In this document: positions 18,596-28,389 of the stretch, in pieces
Layout: every line of letters begins with the position of its first letter
How positions within the stretch are numbered: position 1 is the stretch's first letter
NCBI GenBank assembly: GCA_051867275.1
Contig: JBJDYK010000127.1
Coordinates: 3,495-67,494 of the forward strand
Source: Faecousia sp.
GTDB lineage: Bacteria > Bacillota > Clostridia > Oscillospirales > Oscillospiraceae
Length of the DNA stretch: 64,000 nt
Reading direction: 5' to 3'
The notes under the pieces: model-generated
Seen by the model: the letters and a program-made list of their open reading frames with translations, nothing else
What the model was told of the DNA's origin: nothing
Database searches by the model: none
Made by a program: the position numbers and the translations under genes

Positions 18596-20400
18596 TATTC
18601 CTGCACCAGAGTCTCCATCTCATCCAGAAGCTGGCCAAAGAGCTGCAGGGCCTGATTCACAGGCTCGGGGCTGGTCATGTCCACACCGGCGCCCTTCAGA
18701 AGGTCGATGGGGCTCTTGGAGCAGCCGCCGGACAGGAAGCCCAGGTAATCCTTTACGGCAGGCTCGCCCTCCGCCAGAATTCTCCGGGACAGGGCAATGG
18801 CGGCGGAGTAGCCGGTGGCATACTGGAAGACATAGTAGTTGTAGTAGAAGTGGGGGATTCTGGCCCATTCCAGAGCGATGTGGTCGTCCACCACCATGTC
18901 GGGTCCGAAGTACATTTCGTTCAGGCGGCGATACTCGGCAGACAGCACCTCGGCGGTGAGGGTCTTGCCCTCCTGGGCCATGCGACCGATGTTCAGCTCG
19001 AACTCGGCGAACATGGTCTGCCGGTACAGCGTACCCTTGAACTGCTCCAGGAAGTGGTTGATGAGGTAGGCACGCTCCTTCTTGTCCGTGGTCTTGCCCA
19101 GCAGGTACTCCATCAGCAGAGCCTCGTTGCAGGTGGAAGCCACCTCGGCCACGAAGATGACATAATTGGCGTCCAGGGGAGCCTGGTGCTTGTTGGACAG
19201 GTAGGAGTGTATGGCGTGACCCATTTCGTGAGCCAGAGTGAACTGGCTGTCCAGGGTGCCGCTGTAGTTCAGCAGAACATAGGGATGTACGGCCGCTCCG
19301 GCGGAATAGGCGCCGCCGCGCTTGCCTTCGTTCTGGTATACGTCGATCCAGCGGTTGCTGAAGCCCTCGGCCAGAACCTTGCGGTAGTCCTCGCCCAGGG
19401 GAGCCAGGGCGTCATAGACGGTCTGCTTGGCCTCGGCAAAGGGAATATGCCGGTCCACACCGGGCAGCAGGGCGGTATATACGTCATAGAAGTGGAGCTC
19501 GTCCACACCCAGCAGCTTTTTGCGCAGCCGGACGTAGCGATGCATCTTGTCCATATTCTGATGGACGGCCTCGATGAGGTTCAGGTACACGGAGGTGGGC
19601 ACATTGGTGGCGTCCAGAGAAGCCTCCATGGGGTTACTGTATTTCCGGGCGTCGGAGAAGAACTGCAGCTGCTTGACCTGGGCATTCAGCATGGCGGCGG
19701 CAGTGTTCTTAAAGCTGCCGATGGTGTTATACAGGGTTTCATAGGCGCTTTTGCGCAGCTCACGGTCGGGGCTTTCCTCGTAGGAGACGAAGGTGCCGGC
19801 GCTGAGGGGGTACTTGTTGCCCTTGGAGTCCACGGCGTCGGGGAAGGTCAGGTCGGCGTTGGCGAACAGGCTGTAGATGTTGTAGGGGGCGTTGGCCATC
19901 TCACCGGCAGCGGCCAGCAGCTTCTCCTCCGGGCCGGACAGGACATGGGCCTTGCGGCGGCGGATGTTCCACAGGTAGCGGCGGTAGCGCTCCAGCTTGG
20001 GCTGGGCGGCAAAGAAGCCCTCCAGGGTTTCGTCGCTGATTGCCAGAACCTCGGGGGTCTCAAAGCTGGTGGCGGCCTCCATAGCCACCATGGTACTCAT
20101 GAACTGACCGCTCATGGCCTGATACTTGGACACTCGGGTGTCCTCATCGGCCTTGCGCATGCAGTAGCTGGCCACGGAATCTCCCAGAACATTTGCTGCC
20201 TCGAGCTTTTCCAGATAGGCCAGGAGCGCATCGGGACCGTCGGCAAGATGACCGGCAAAGGCGGTCAGTTCCTTTGTCATGGCCTGGAGCTTTAAAAGGT
20301 CTTCATTCCAGAGTTCGTCAGAGGCATACAGATCCTCCACGGCCCACTGGTCGGCAGGGTCCAACTCGCTGCGCTGGGGGATTTTTTTGATTTCAGACAT
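18595..20400 (-). CDS. pepF: Oligoendopeptidase F
   Basis: WAVEDLY, GKRGGAYS, TLAHEMGHAIHS, AEVAST, WARIPHFYYNYYVFQYATG. Confidence 0.95.
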   Translation of the reverse strand: MSEIKKIPQRSELDPADQWAVEDLYASDELWNEDLLKLQAMTKELTAFAGHLADGPDALLAYLEKLEAANVLGDSVASYCMRKADEDTRVSKYQAMSGQFMSTMVAMEAATSFETPEVLAISDETLEGFFAAQPKLERYRRYLWNIRRRKAHVLSGPEEKLLAAAGEMANAPYNIYSLFANADLTFPDAVDSKGNKYPLSAGTFVSYEESPDRELRKSAYETLYNTIGSFKNTAAAMLNAQVKQLQFFSDARKYSNPMEASLDATNVPTSVYLNLIEAVHQNMDKMHRYVRLRKKLLGVDELHFYDVYTALLPGVDRHIPFAEAKQTVYDALAPLGEDYRKVLAEGFSNRWIDVYQNEGKRGGAYSAGAAVHPYVLLNYSGTLDSQFTLAHEMGHAIHSYLSNKHQAPLDANYVIFVAEVASTCNEALLMEYLLGKTTDKKERAYLINHFLEQFKGTLYRQTMFAEFELNIGRMAQEGKTLTAEVLSAEYRRLNEMYFGPDMVVDDHIALEWARIPHFYYNYYVFQYATGYSAAIALSRRILAEGEPAVKDYLGFLSGGCSKSPIDLLKGAGVDMTSPEPVNQALQLFGQLLDEMETLVQE

Positions 20401-20482
20401 TCGTGCAATCCTCCTAAAATTGTTGTCTTAAAAGTCTATGATATGTATTATATCACAATTTCTTGGTTTTGCAAGGGGAGGA

Positions 20483-21412
20483 TCAGGCGGTGATGGCTGC
20501 TATGACACAGAAGGTGAGCATACTGACAACCGTCAGTACGGAGGACATGCTGGAGGCAAGCATTCGTTCCTGCTGGGTCCTTCCCAGACTGGGACCGATG
20601 TAGGTACACGGAAGTGTGCTGTACAGCAGCACGGCCCAGCGGGTTATGGGGTTCACATTGGGCACCAGGCACAGGGCTGCCTGAATCACCAGACCGATGG
20701 CCGCAAAGAACAGGAAACGGATCAGGCTCAGCCGCAGAATCAGGGGGCGGCTGTCCCCGTCCAGAGAGAAGTGGTAGCCGGCGGAAAACAGCATCAAAGC
20801 GCTGATGGGCGCGGCCAGGAACTGGGTGGTGGCGGTGATGACGGGGCCGATGCCAGCCCGATCCAGCACATCCATCAGACCGGACAGATTCAGCCCCAGG
20901 CCCAGAAGACCGGACAGCAGCAGGGGAGAGGTAAAGAGTCCTTTGAGGACGCTGCCCACGGTGGGCCTGTCCCCCTGTTTGGCAGACAGCAGGGCAATGA
21001 CCGGCAGCACCAGCAGCCCCTGGGTCAGATCCAGGGCGGCCATGTGATAGACCTGGGACTGACCAAAGAGTACCAGAAACAAAGGGATGCCCAGCGCGCC
21101 GCTTTCCTGAGCCGTGAAGATCAGGGGCAGATTGTGGTAGGGCAGGCTTTTCTTTCTGGCGTGAAAGGCCCAAAGGCAGGGGATAAACAGCAGCGGCAGC
21201 AGCAGACCCATGCAAACCAGGGCCTCCGCCGAAAGCTCACAGGTGAGATAGGCATTGAACAGCACGCAGGGCAGCAGATACCGGACCACAAGCTGCTGGA
21301 TACCGGCCATTCCCTCCTTGGAGATGGTCTGGGTCCGCCGCAGCAGCACACCCAGACCCATGGCAACAAAAATAGGGAGGATTACCTGTAAAATTGAAGA
21401 AATTCGCTCCAT
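20483..21412 (-). CDS. AEC (auxin efflux carrier) family transporter
   Basis: About 10 hydrophobic segments, ILPIF..MGLG start, LLPCVLF, LGIPL. Confidence 0.8.
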   Translation of the reverse strand: MERISSILQVILPIFVAMGLGVLLRRTQTISKEGMAGIQQLVVRYLLPCVLFNAYLTCELSAEALVCMGLLLPLLFIPCLWAFHARKKSLPYHNLPLIFTAQESGALGIPLFLVLFGQSQVYHMAALDLTQGLLVLPVIALLSAKQGDRPTVGSVLKGLFTSPLLLSGLLGLGLNLSGLMDVLDRAGIGPVITATTQFLAAPISALMLFSAGYHFSLDGDSRPLILRLSLIRFLFFAAIGLVIQAALCLVPNVNPITRWAVLLYSTLPCTYIGPSLGRTQQERMLASSMSSVLTVVSMLTFCVIAAITA

Positions 21413-21837
21413 TATCCTTTAAAATCCATGAGATACAGGCCAATTTCCGGATCCATCCTGCGCTCCACGGTTCCGTCCAGAACCTGCACCACCAGCTCGC
21501 AGGTGGCGCTGATTACGGCCTTGTTCAGATGGCCGCCGAAGACCCGGCCCTCCTCATCGCCGATGGACATATGCAGGTGGGCGTAGGGCTTGCCCTCCTG
21601 GGTGGTGAGGGTACCGTGGAGGGAGACGATCTCATAATCTCCCTGGTAGTGATTTGCCTTATAGGTTTTGGTAGCAGGATAGAAAACGCCTACCGTCACC
21701 TCTTCCACGGCACCCAGACCGTTCACGGAGGCCAGACGAATGCCCAGGGACTTCTGCAGCTCCAGAAGCTGCTCCACGATTTCCTCACCCTTGTTCAGAC
21801 GAACGATGAGAGTCGAACCAAATTTACCGTACTCCAT
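21412..21837 (-). CDS. PPC-domain (DUF296) protein
   Basis: GLGAV, EIVSLHGT, HLHMSIGD, GGHL. Confidence 0.88.
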   Translation of the reverse strand: MEYGKFGSTLIVRLNKGEEIVEQLLELQKSLGIRLASVNGLGAVEEVTVGVFYPATKTYKANHYQGDYEIVSLHGTLTTQEGKPYAHLHMSIGDEEGRVFGGHLNKAVISATCELVVQVLDGTVERRMDPEIGLYLMDFKG

Positions 21838-21854
21838 TTTTTAATACCTCCTGA

Positions 21855-23162
21855 TTATTTTTCAAAAAAACTGTTAAATATTGCGTTCATGGCAGGCTCA
21901 TAATCCTGCTCCCCCACGCCCAACACAATGTTCAGCTCCTTGGTGCCCTGGTCGATCATCCGCACGTTGACGCCTGCGGCGCCTACGGCTCCAAAGAGCC
22001 GGGATGCCACCCCGGGCCGCCCCGCCATCCCTCTGCCTACCACGGCGATCATGGCAAGACCGTGGACCACCTGCAGGGTATCGGGGTGGACGGAGGACTG
22101 AATGTCCTCCAGCAGCTCCCTCTGATGCTTTTGCAGGTACGCCGTAGGCGCCACCAGGGAGATACTGCCGATGCCGGTGGCAAGATGCTCAAAGGGAACG
22201 CCGTTGCGCTCCAGGCAGGACAGAATCTTCCGGCAGTAGCCCACCTCGGAATTGGACCGCTCCTTCTCCACCTGAATGGCGGAGTAGCCCTTCCGTCCCG
22301 CAAGACCCGTGATGGCGCCCGCAGGCTCCGTGGCGGAGGCCATAACCCAGGTTCCCGGAGCGTCCGGCTCCAGGGTGTTGCGGATGTTGATGGGAATTCC
22401 TGCTGCCTTTACGGGGTAGATGGCATCCTCATGGAGTACCGTGGCGCCCAGATAGGCCAGCTCCCGCACCTCCGTATAGGTCATGGTGTGAATGGGGGTG
22501 GGCTGCTGTACCACCCGGGGGTCCGCCGCCAGGACGCCGGACACATCGGTCCAGTTTTCGTAGACCTGGGAGCCGGAGGCCCTGGCCAGCACCGCGCCGG
22601 AGATGTCGGATCCGCCCCGGGGGAAGACAGCGACGGAGCCATCGGGCATACCGCCGTAAAAGCCGGGCATGACGGCCCCGTCCAGACCGGCGAGCCGGGC
22701 GGACAGAGAGCGGTGGGCTGCCTCCGCGTCAAAGTTGCCCCGGTCATCGAAGAAGACGCATTGAACCGGGTCCACAAAGGGAAGGTTCAAAAGCCTTGCC
22801 ATAATCCGTCCGCTGAAATACTCGCCCCGGCTGGCACAGAAGGCAAGACCGCCGCCCCGCTCCATGGCCCAGAGGGTGGACCGGAATTCCTCTTCCAGGT
22901 CCAGGTCCAGCTCCAGATCCCTAAGAATCTCCCGGAACCGGTCGGCTACCGGCTGGAAGGCTGCCGCCACATCTGCGCCGGAGCGGGCGGCCTCATGACA
23001 TGCGTAGAGCTGGTCGGTGATTTTTACATCCTCCGGAAATCGCTTTCCGGGGGCGGAGACCGCAATGAAGCGGCGCTGAGGATTGGCGGCCAGAATGTCC
23101 CGGACCATCCGGAACCGGCTGGCATCGGCCAGAGAGGAGCCGCCGAATTTTGTTGTAATCAT
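21855..23162 (-). CDS. lysC: Aspartate kinase
   Basis: KFGGSSLA, VSAPGKR, RGGSDISGA, WTDVSG, ACT domains. Confidence 0.93.
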   Translation of the reverse strand: MITTKFGGSSLADASRFRMVRDILAANPQRRFIAVSAPGKRFPEDVKITDQLYACHEAARSGADVAAAFQPVADRFREILRDLELDLDLEEEFRSTLWAMERGGGLAFCASRGEYFSGRIMARLLNLPFVDPVQCVFFDDRGNFDAEAAHRSLSARLAGLDGAVMPGFYGGMPDGSVAVFPRGGSDISGAVLARASGSQVYENWTDVSGVLAADPRVVQQPTPIHTMTYTEVRELAYLGATVLHEDAIYPVKAAGIPINIRNTLEPDAPGTWVMASATEPAGAITGLAGRKGYSAIQVEKERSNSEVGYCRKILSCLERNGVPFEHLATGIGSISLVAPTAYLQKHQRELLEDIQSSVHPDTLQVVHGLAMIAVVGRGMAGRPGVASRLFGAVGAAGVNVRMIDQGTKELNIVLGVGEQDYEPAMNAIFNSFFEK

Positions 23163-23186
23163 AATATCTGTTCCTTCAAAGGTTCT

Positions 23187-23918
23187 TTATTTTACCAGGT
23201 CGTCCATGCTGTAGAGCCCCAGGGCCTTGTTTACCAGGAAGGCAGCCGCTTCCAGAGCGCCCTGGGCAAACAGAGCCCGGTCGTGGGCCTCGTGCTTCAG
23301 GGTAATGGTCTGGGTTCCCGTGGAAATCATCACCTCATGGATGCCCACGGTGTTCCCCAGCCGGATGGAGGAAATGCCGATCTCCCCGGGGACCCGCTTG
23401 CCGGAGCCGGCCCGGCCGCAGTGAACCTGACTGTCCGGGCAGCCTTCCCGGACGGCATTTGCCAGCATCAGTGCCGTTCCGCTGGGGGCGTCGGCCTTCC
23501 GGTTGTGGTGAATTTCCAGAATCTCCACATCTGCCTGTGGGAAAAACCGGACGGCCTCCTTCACCAGCTTGCACAGAACCGCGATGCCCAGGCTCATGTT
23601 GCCGGTGTAAAACAGGGGGATTTTACTGGCGGCTGCCAGAATGTGGTTCCGTTCCTGCTCCGTGTGGCCGGTGGTGCCCACCACCAGGGGAAGCCCGTGG
23701 GCTACCGCGTAGTCCACGGCATCGGCAGTGGCCGTGTGGAAGGAGAAGTCCACCACCACGTCGGCAGGCCGGTCCACTTTTGAAAAATCCGTGCAGATGC
23801 CATCTCCGCCCTTGACGTCCACCAGGGGACCGGGCTGGCCGCCGGCGTAGCCTGCTTCCAGCAGCTTCCGCAGTTCCTTTCCCATGGCGCCTTCGGCGCC
23901 ACTGACCAGGACCTTCAT
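23187..23918 (-). CDS. dapB: 4-hydroxy-tetrahydrodipicolinate reductase
   Basis: VVGTTG, EIHHNRKADAPSGTA. Confidence 0.95.
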   Translation of the reverse strand: MKVLVSGAEGAMGKELRKLLEAGYAGGQPGPLVDVKGGDGICTDFSKVDRPADVVVDFSFHTATADAVDYAVAHGLPLVVGTTGHTEQERNHILAAASKIPLFYTGNMSLGIAVLCKLVKEAVRFFPQADVEILEIHHNRKADAPSGTALMLANAVREGCPDSQVHCGRAGSGKRVPGEIGISSIRLGNTVGIHEVMISTGTQTITLKHEAHDRALFAQGALEAAAFLVNKALGLYSMDDLVK

Positions 23919-23919
23919 A

Positions 23920-24801
23920 TCAGATGGCCCCCCACTTTTTCATTTCAGCCAGAAGCCTTGCCCGGTTTGCCTCCTCCATGGGGGTCAGGGGCAGACGGAT
24001 GCCGCCCTGGCCGTAGCCCATGGCGGTGGTTGCCGCCTTGGCGGGAATGGGGTTGACCTCGCAGAACAGGGCGGAAACCATGGGCAGCAGCTTACACTGG
24101 AGCTTAGCCGCTTCCTCCGTCTTTCCCTGGAAGAACAGACCGCAAATCTCCACGGCCTCCTTGGGCAGTACGTTGGACAATACGGAGATGCAGCCGGAGC
24201 CGCCCAGGGACAGCACCGGAGTCACCTGGTCGTCGTTGCCGGAGTAGATAGCAAGATCCGCCCGGGCGGCGATTTCCGCCACCTGGCTCAGGTTGCCGGA
24301 GGCCTCCTTCACGGCGGCGATCCGGGGGTGCTTACCCAGCGCCTCACAGGTGGCGGGCAGCAGGTTGCAGCCGGTGCGGGAGGGTACGTTGTAGAGGATG
24401 ATGGGCTTGGTGGAGGCGTCTGCAATGGCGGTATAGTGGGCGATGAGACCCTTCTGGGTGGCCTTGTTGTAGTAAGGCGTCACCACCAGACAGGCATCCG
24501 CCCCTGCCTCACAGGCGTACTTGGTCATGGCCACGGCCTTGGCGGTGCAGTTGCTGCCGGTTCCCGCGATGACGGGAACCTGTCCCGCTGCCCGCTCCAC
24601 CGTGAAGCGAATGACCTCCTTGTGCTCGTCTTCCGTCATGGTGGCGCTTTCGCCGGTGGTGCCGCAGGCTACCAGGCCCTGGATGCCGGATTCAATTTGC
24701 CAGTCAATGAGACGGCCGTAGCTTTCAAAATCGATGGAGCCGTCGGCGTACATGGGGGTGACCAGCGCGGTGGCGATTCCTCTGAAAATTTCCTGTTTCA
24801 T
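23920..24801 (-). CDS. dapA: 4-hydroxy-tetrahydrodipicolinate synthase
   Basis: GTTGES, TPYYNK, YNVPSRTG, KEASG. Confidence 0.96.
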   Translation of the reverse strand: MKQEIFRGIATALVTPMYADGSIDFESYGRLIDWQIESGIQGLVACGTTGESATMTEDEHKEVIRFTVERAAGQVPVIAGTGSNCTAKAVAMTKYACEAGADACLVVTPYYNKATQKGLIAHYTAIADASTKPIILYNVPSRTGCNLLPATCEALGKHPRIAAVKEASGNLSQVAEIAARADLAIYSGNDDQVTPVLSLGGSGCISVLSNVLPKEAVEICGLFFQGKTEEAAKLQCKLLPMVSALFCEVNPIPAKAATTAMGYGQGGIRLPLTPMEEANRARLLAEMKKWGAI

Positions 24802-24834
24802 AGCAATTCTCCTCTTTCTATCAGAATGTGTGGA

Positions 24835-25965
24835 TCAGGCTTGGGGGCTGCGCAGAAAACGCTCCAGCCTGTCCAGCCCCTCTTTCAACTGCTCCATGGA
24901 GCAGCAGTAGGACATACGGAAATAGCCCTCGTTTCCGAAGACCGTCCCCGGCACCGTTGCCACCTTGCCCTCCGTAATCAGCCGGGTGCAGAAGTCCTCG
25001 GCACTTGGGGCCAGATGGGAGATTTGGGGGAACACATAGAACGCACCCTCCGGTTGGGCGTATGGCAGCTTCATATCGTCCAGGCGGCCGCATACATAAT
25101 CCCGCCGCTGCCGGTAGGATTGGGCCATGGGGAACGGGTCCCATTTTAGGGCCGCCAGACAGGCAGCTTGCAGCATACTGGGCGCGCAGGTGACGGTGTG
25201 GGCATGGAACACGTTCAGCCGCTCCAATACAGCCTTTTCGGCCATCAGATACCCCATGCGCCAGCCGGTCATGGCATAGGGCTTGGAGAAGCTCTGCACC
25301 GCCAGAATCCGATCCTTCAGGTCGGAAAACCCGGTAAAGGTGAAGCAGGGGCTGAGGCCCCAGTATACATCATCGCAGAGGATGAACAGGTCCCGATTCC
25401 GTACCAGCTCCCGAATGGCCTCCAGATTTTCCCGGCTGTAGATCACGCCGGTGGGATTGTTGGGGGAGTTGAGAATCAGCAGCTTGGTTCTGGGGGTCAA
25501 GGCGCGCTGCAGGGCCTCCGCTGTCAGTTGGAAGTTCCGGGGGGCGGTGTCTACCGGTACGGGAACGGCCCCGCAAAGCTGAGCCACCGTCCCGTACAGG
25601 CTGAAGGCGGGGGTTGGGATGATGACCTCGTCTCCCGGGTTCAGAACCCCGGTCATGGCCACATAAATGGCCTCCGTGGCTCCCAGGGTCACAAGCACCT
25701 CGTCCGCCGTATAGGAAAGGCCCCGGCTTCTTTGCTCAAATTCCGCGATGGCCTTACGCAAAGGCGCGCTTCCCCGGTTTTCCGTATAGTGGGTGCAGCC
25801 TCCGTCCAGTGATGCCTTGGCAGCCTCCCGGATGGGCAGGGGGGTATCAAATTCCGGCTCGCCCAGGGTCAGCATGACGCAGCCGCCCACCTGGTTCGCC
25901 AGGGCGGTGTAGCGCCGGATGCCGCCCAGACGCAGACCGTCTAAGTTGTGGTTTAGTTCTGTCAT
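24835..25965 (-). CDS. Class I/II PLP aminotransferase, probably N-acetyl-DAP aminotransferase (PatA/DapX-like)
   Basis: GEPEF, NSPNNPTG, DDVY, SFSKPYAMTGWRMGY; lies within the dap cluster. Confidence 0.8.
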   Translation of the reverse strand: MTELNHNLDGLRLGGIRRYTALANQVGGCVMLTLGEPEFDTPLPIREAAKASLDGGCTHYTENRGSAPLRKAIAEFEQRSRGLSYTADEVLVTLGATEAIYVAMTGVLNPGDEVIIPTPAFSLYGTVAQLCGAVPVPVDTAPRNFQLTAEALQRALTPRTKLLILNSPNNPTGVIYSRENLEAIRELVRNRDLFILCDDVYWGLSPCFTFTGFSDLKDRILAVQSFSKPYAMTGWRMGYLMAEKAVLERLNVFHAHTVTCAPSMLQAACLAALKWDPFPMAQSYRQRRDYVCGRLDDMKLPYAQPEGAFYVFPQISHLAPSAEDFCTRLITEGKVATVPGTVFGNEGYFRMSYCCSMEQLKEGLDRLERFLRSPQA

Positions 25966-27050
25966 GGGTATGCCTCCGCAATGCGCCGGAACAGCCGGAA
26001 GCCTGTCTCCAAAGCGCCCTCGTCAAATTGAAAATCCTCCCGGTGCAGAGCCGGCGCCGGTCCGCAGCCCAGGAAAAAGAACAGCCCCGGAAGCCTGCGC
26101 TGGTAATAGGAGAAGTCCTCGGCGATCCGCACCGGTTCCTCCAGCAAAGTAAGAGGATAAATCCGCGACACCTGTTTGTATAGTTCTTCGGGATTCCAGA
26201 CCGCCGGATACCCTTCCGACAGATGCAGGTCAAACCGGCAGCCGGTCTCATGCTCCAGACTGTGGCAAAGCTGACGCAGCCGCAGAGCCAAGGCGTCAAA
26301 CACCTCATCCTCATAGGCGCGAAGCGTACCCTCCAGGGTGGCGGAGCCTGCGATCACATTGCGGATGGTTCCCGCCTGCATTTTGCCGAATTTCAGCAGC
26401 CGGGGCGCGTCTCCGGGTAGGCTCCGCTCCGCCTCCATGGCCCCCAGATACCACCGGGCGGCTGCCTCCAGGGCGTCCAGCCCCATTTCGGCCCGGGCCA
26501 CATGTGCGGACCTGCCTGTGACCGTCAGAGTAACCTCCGAGGAACGGCACATCATGCCTCCCGGCCTGGTGGCAATCCGGCCCAGGGGCAGGTCCGGCCA
26601 CAGGTGCAGACCGAAGATGGCCTTTGTGTGATGGGCTTCAAAGACGCCGCTGTCGCAGATAATCCTGGCCCCGCCGGTGGTTTCCTCCGCAGGCTGGAAC
26701 ACCAGCAGCAGATTGTGGGGCAGGGTACGCTGCTCCGATGCCCACTGGGCCAGAGCCAGGACAATTGCCATGTGACCGTCATGGCCGCAGGCGTGCATCT
26801 GCCCCGGGTGACAGGAGGAGAAGGGGAGTCCCGTTTTCTCCGTCACGGGCAGAGCGTCCATATCCGCCCGAAAGGCCAGGGCGGTGTCCTTCCCAAAGTC
26901 GAAGAAAGCGCACAGACTGCCGGGGGCAGGAGAAAAGACCTGACAGGGGAGGGGGTCCAGAACGCTGTGGATATAATTTAGGGTTTCGGGGAGCCGGAAG
27001 TCCAGCTCCGGTATTTGGTGGAGGCGTCTGCGGTGAGCAATCAGATCCAT
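25962..27050 (-). CDS. M20 amidohydrolase, probably N-acetyl-L,L-DAP deacetylase
   Basis: HQIPEL, RADMDALP, MHACGHDGH, QPAEE, AEDF; next to dapH. Confidence 0.82.
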   Translation of the reverse strand: MDLIAHRRRLHQIPELDFRLPETLNYIHSVLDPLPCQVFSPAPGSLCAFFDFGKDTALAFRADMDALPVTEKTGLPFSSCHPGQMHACGHDGHMAIVLALAQWASEQRTLPHNLLLVFQPAEETTGGARIICDSGVFEAHHTKAIFGLHLWPDLPLGRIATRPGGMMCRSSEVTLTVTGRSAHVARAEMGLDALEAAARWYLGAMEAERSLPGDAPRLLKFGKMQAGTIRNVIAGSATLEGTLRAYEDEVFDALALRLRQLCHSLEHETGCRFDLHLSEGYPAVWNPEELYKQVSRIYPLTLLEEPVRIAEDFSYYQRRLPGLFFFLGCGPAPALHREDFQFDEGALETGFRLFRRIAEAYP

Positions 27051-27131
27051 GGAAAAACCTCCGGTTGTTTTTTTGACGGGATTGTGTTATCCTATGAAGG
27101 ACAGACATGAAAACCAAAGGAGCGCCATATT

Positions 27132-27830
27132 ATGAACGCAGAACAGATTATCGAATTCATCCGCACGGCGGAGAAGAAAACCCCGGTGAAGGTCTACCTC
27201 TGGGAGAATGCCCCCACCGCCTTCCCAGGCGCCAAGGAGTTCCCCACAGGGGATCATACTAAAATTGTCTTTGGGGACTGGAAGGTCATTGCCCCCGCCC
27301 TGGAGGCCCAGAAGGAAAAGATTGATGACCTGGTGGTGGAAAACGACTGCCGGAACTCCGCAGTGCCTCTGCTGGACAAGAAAAATATCAATGCCCGGAT
27401 TGAGCCGGGTGCCATCATCCGGGATCAGGTGGAGATTCACGACAACGCCGTCATTATGATGGGCGCGGTCATTAACATCGGAGCCGTTGTGGGCCAGGGT
27501 TCCATGATCGACATGGGCGCGGTTCTGGGCGGCAGGGCCACAGTCGGCAAGCACTGCCATGTGGGCGCGGGCGCGGTCCTGGCCGGTGTTGTGGAGCCTG
27601 CCAGCGCCACCCCCGTGGTCATCGAGGACGATGTGCTCATCGGCGCCAACGCCGTGATTCTGGAGGGCGTCCGGGTAGGCCGTGGCGCTGTGGTGGCAGC
27701 CGGGGCCGTGGTGGTCTCCGACGTGATGCCGGAAACCGTGGTGGCGGGCGTCCCCGCCCGGGTCATCAAGCGGAAGGACCAGACGGCAGCCTCCAAAACC
27801 GCTCTGATTGACGCACTGCGGGAACTGTAA
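27132..27830 (+). CDS. dapH: Tetrahydrodipicolinate N-acetyltransferase
   Basis: [26 protein letters not shown], hexapeptide repeats. Confidence 0.95.
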   Translation: MNAEQIIEFIRTAEKKTPVKVYLWENAPTAFPGAKEFPTGDHTKIVFGDWKVIAPALEAQKEKIDDLVVENDCRNSAVPLLDKKNINARIEPGAIIRDQVEIHDNAVIMMGAVINIGAVVGQGSMIDMGAVLGGRATVGKHCHVGAGAVLAGVVEPASATPVVIEDDVLIGANAVILEGVRVGRGAVVAAGAVVVSDVMPETVVAGVPARVIKRKDQTAASKTALIDALREL

Positions 27831-27930
27831 TTACCCATATTATACACATTTTTGCGTCTCTTGTACAGACCAATTCCTGCAATTGCCTTTGCAGAATCTG
27901 CGCTTTTCACAGATATTGCCTCACCATAAG

Positions 27931-27964
27931 AAAAGGCTCAGCTCCAACACGGAGCTGAGCCTGT
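27931..27964 (-). terminator. Terminator hairpin
   Basis: AAAAGGCTCAGCTCC-AACAC-GGAGCTGAGCCT. Confidence 0.7.
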
Positions 27965-27985
27965 ATGCTATGTGGCCGTAACCGT

Positions 27986-28336
27986 TTATTCCGCGTCCGT
28001 CACCAGCACGAAGTCCTGAGGAGTATCGTCCTCCGGGGCGGGGGCAGGCTGGGGGGCGGCATTTTTCTGCGCTTTCAGCTCCGCGATCCGGGCGGCGGCC
28101 TCCTGAATCAGAGCGATCTGCTTTTCGTATGCGGGACCCTGGGTAGGAACTCCGGCGGTGGTGTCCTGGAAGTACTGCTTGCCAAGCTGCTGATAGGCGG
28201 TCCGAATCCTATCCTCCTCGGCAGCAATGGCAATGGAGAGCTTTGCGGCATGGGCGGCGCTGCGGGCAGCCTCAGCGGCAGCACGGGCGGCGGCGCTGGC
28301 TTTGTCCAGCAGGTCTTGGAAATTTACTTCTGACAT
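27986..28336 (-). CDS. Hypothetical coiled-coil protein
   Basis: RBS AAGGAGG; resembles the N-terminal domain of 47560-48234. Confidence 0.75.
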   Translation of the reverse strand: MSEVNFQDLLDKASAAARAAAEAARSAAHAAKLSIAIAAEEDRIRTAYQQLGKQYFQDTTAGVPTQGPAYEKQIALIQEAAARIAELKAQKNAAPQPAPAPEDDTPQDFVLVTDAE

Positions 28337-28389
28337 GGAAATTCCTCCTTCATTTCTATTTTATCGGCGGATGACCGATAGGTGACTGC

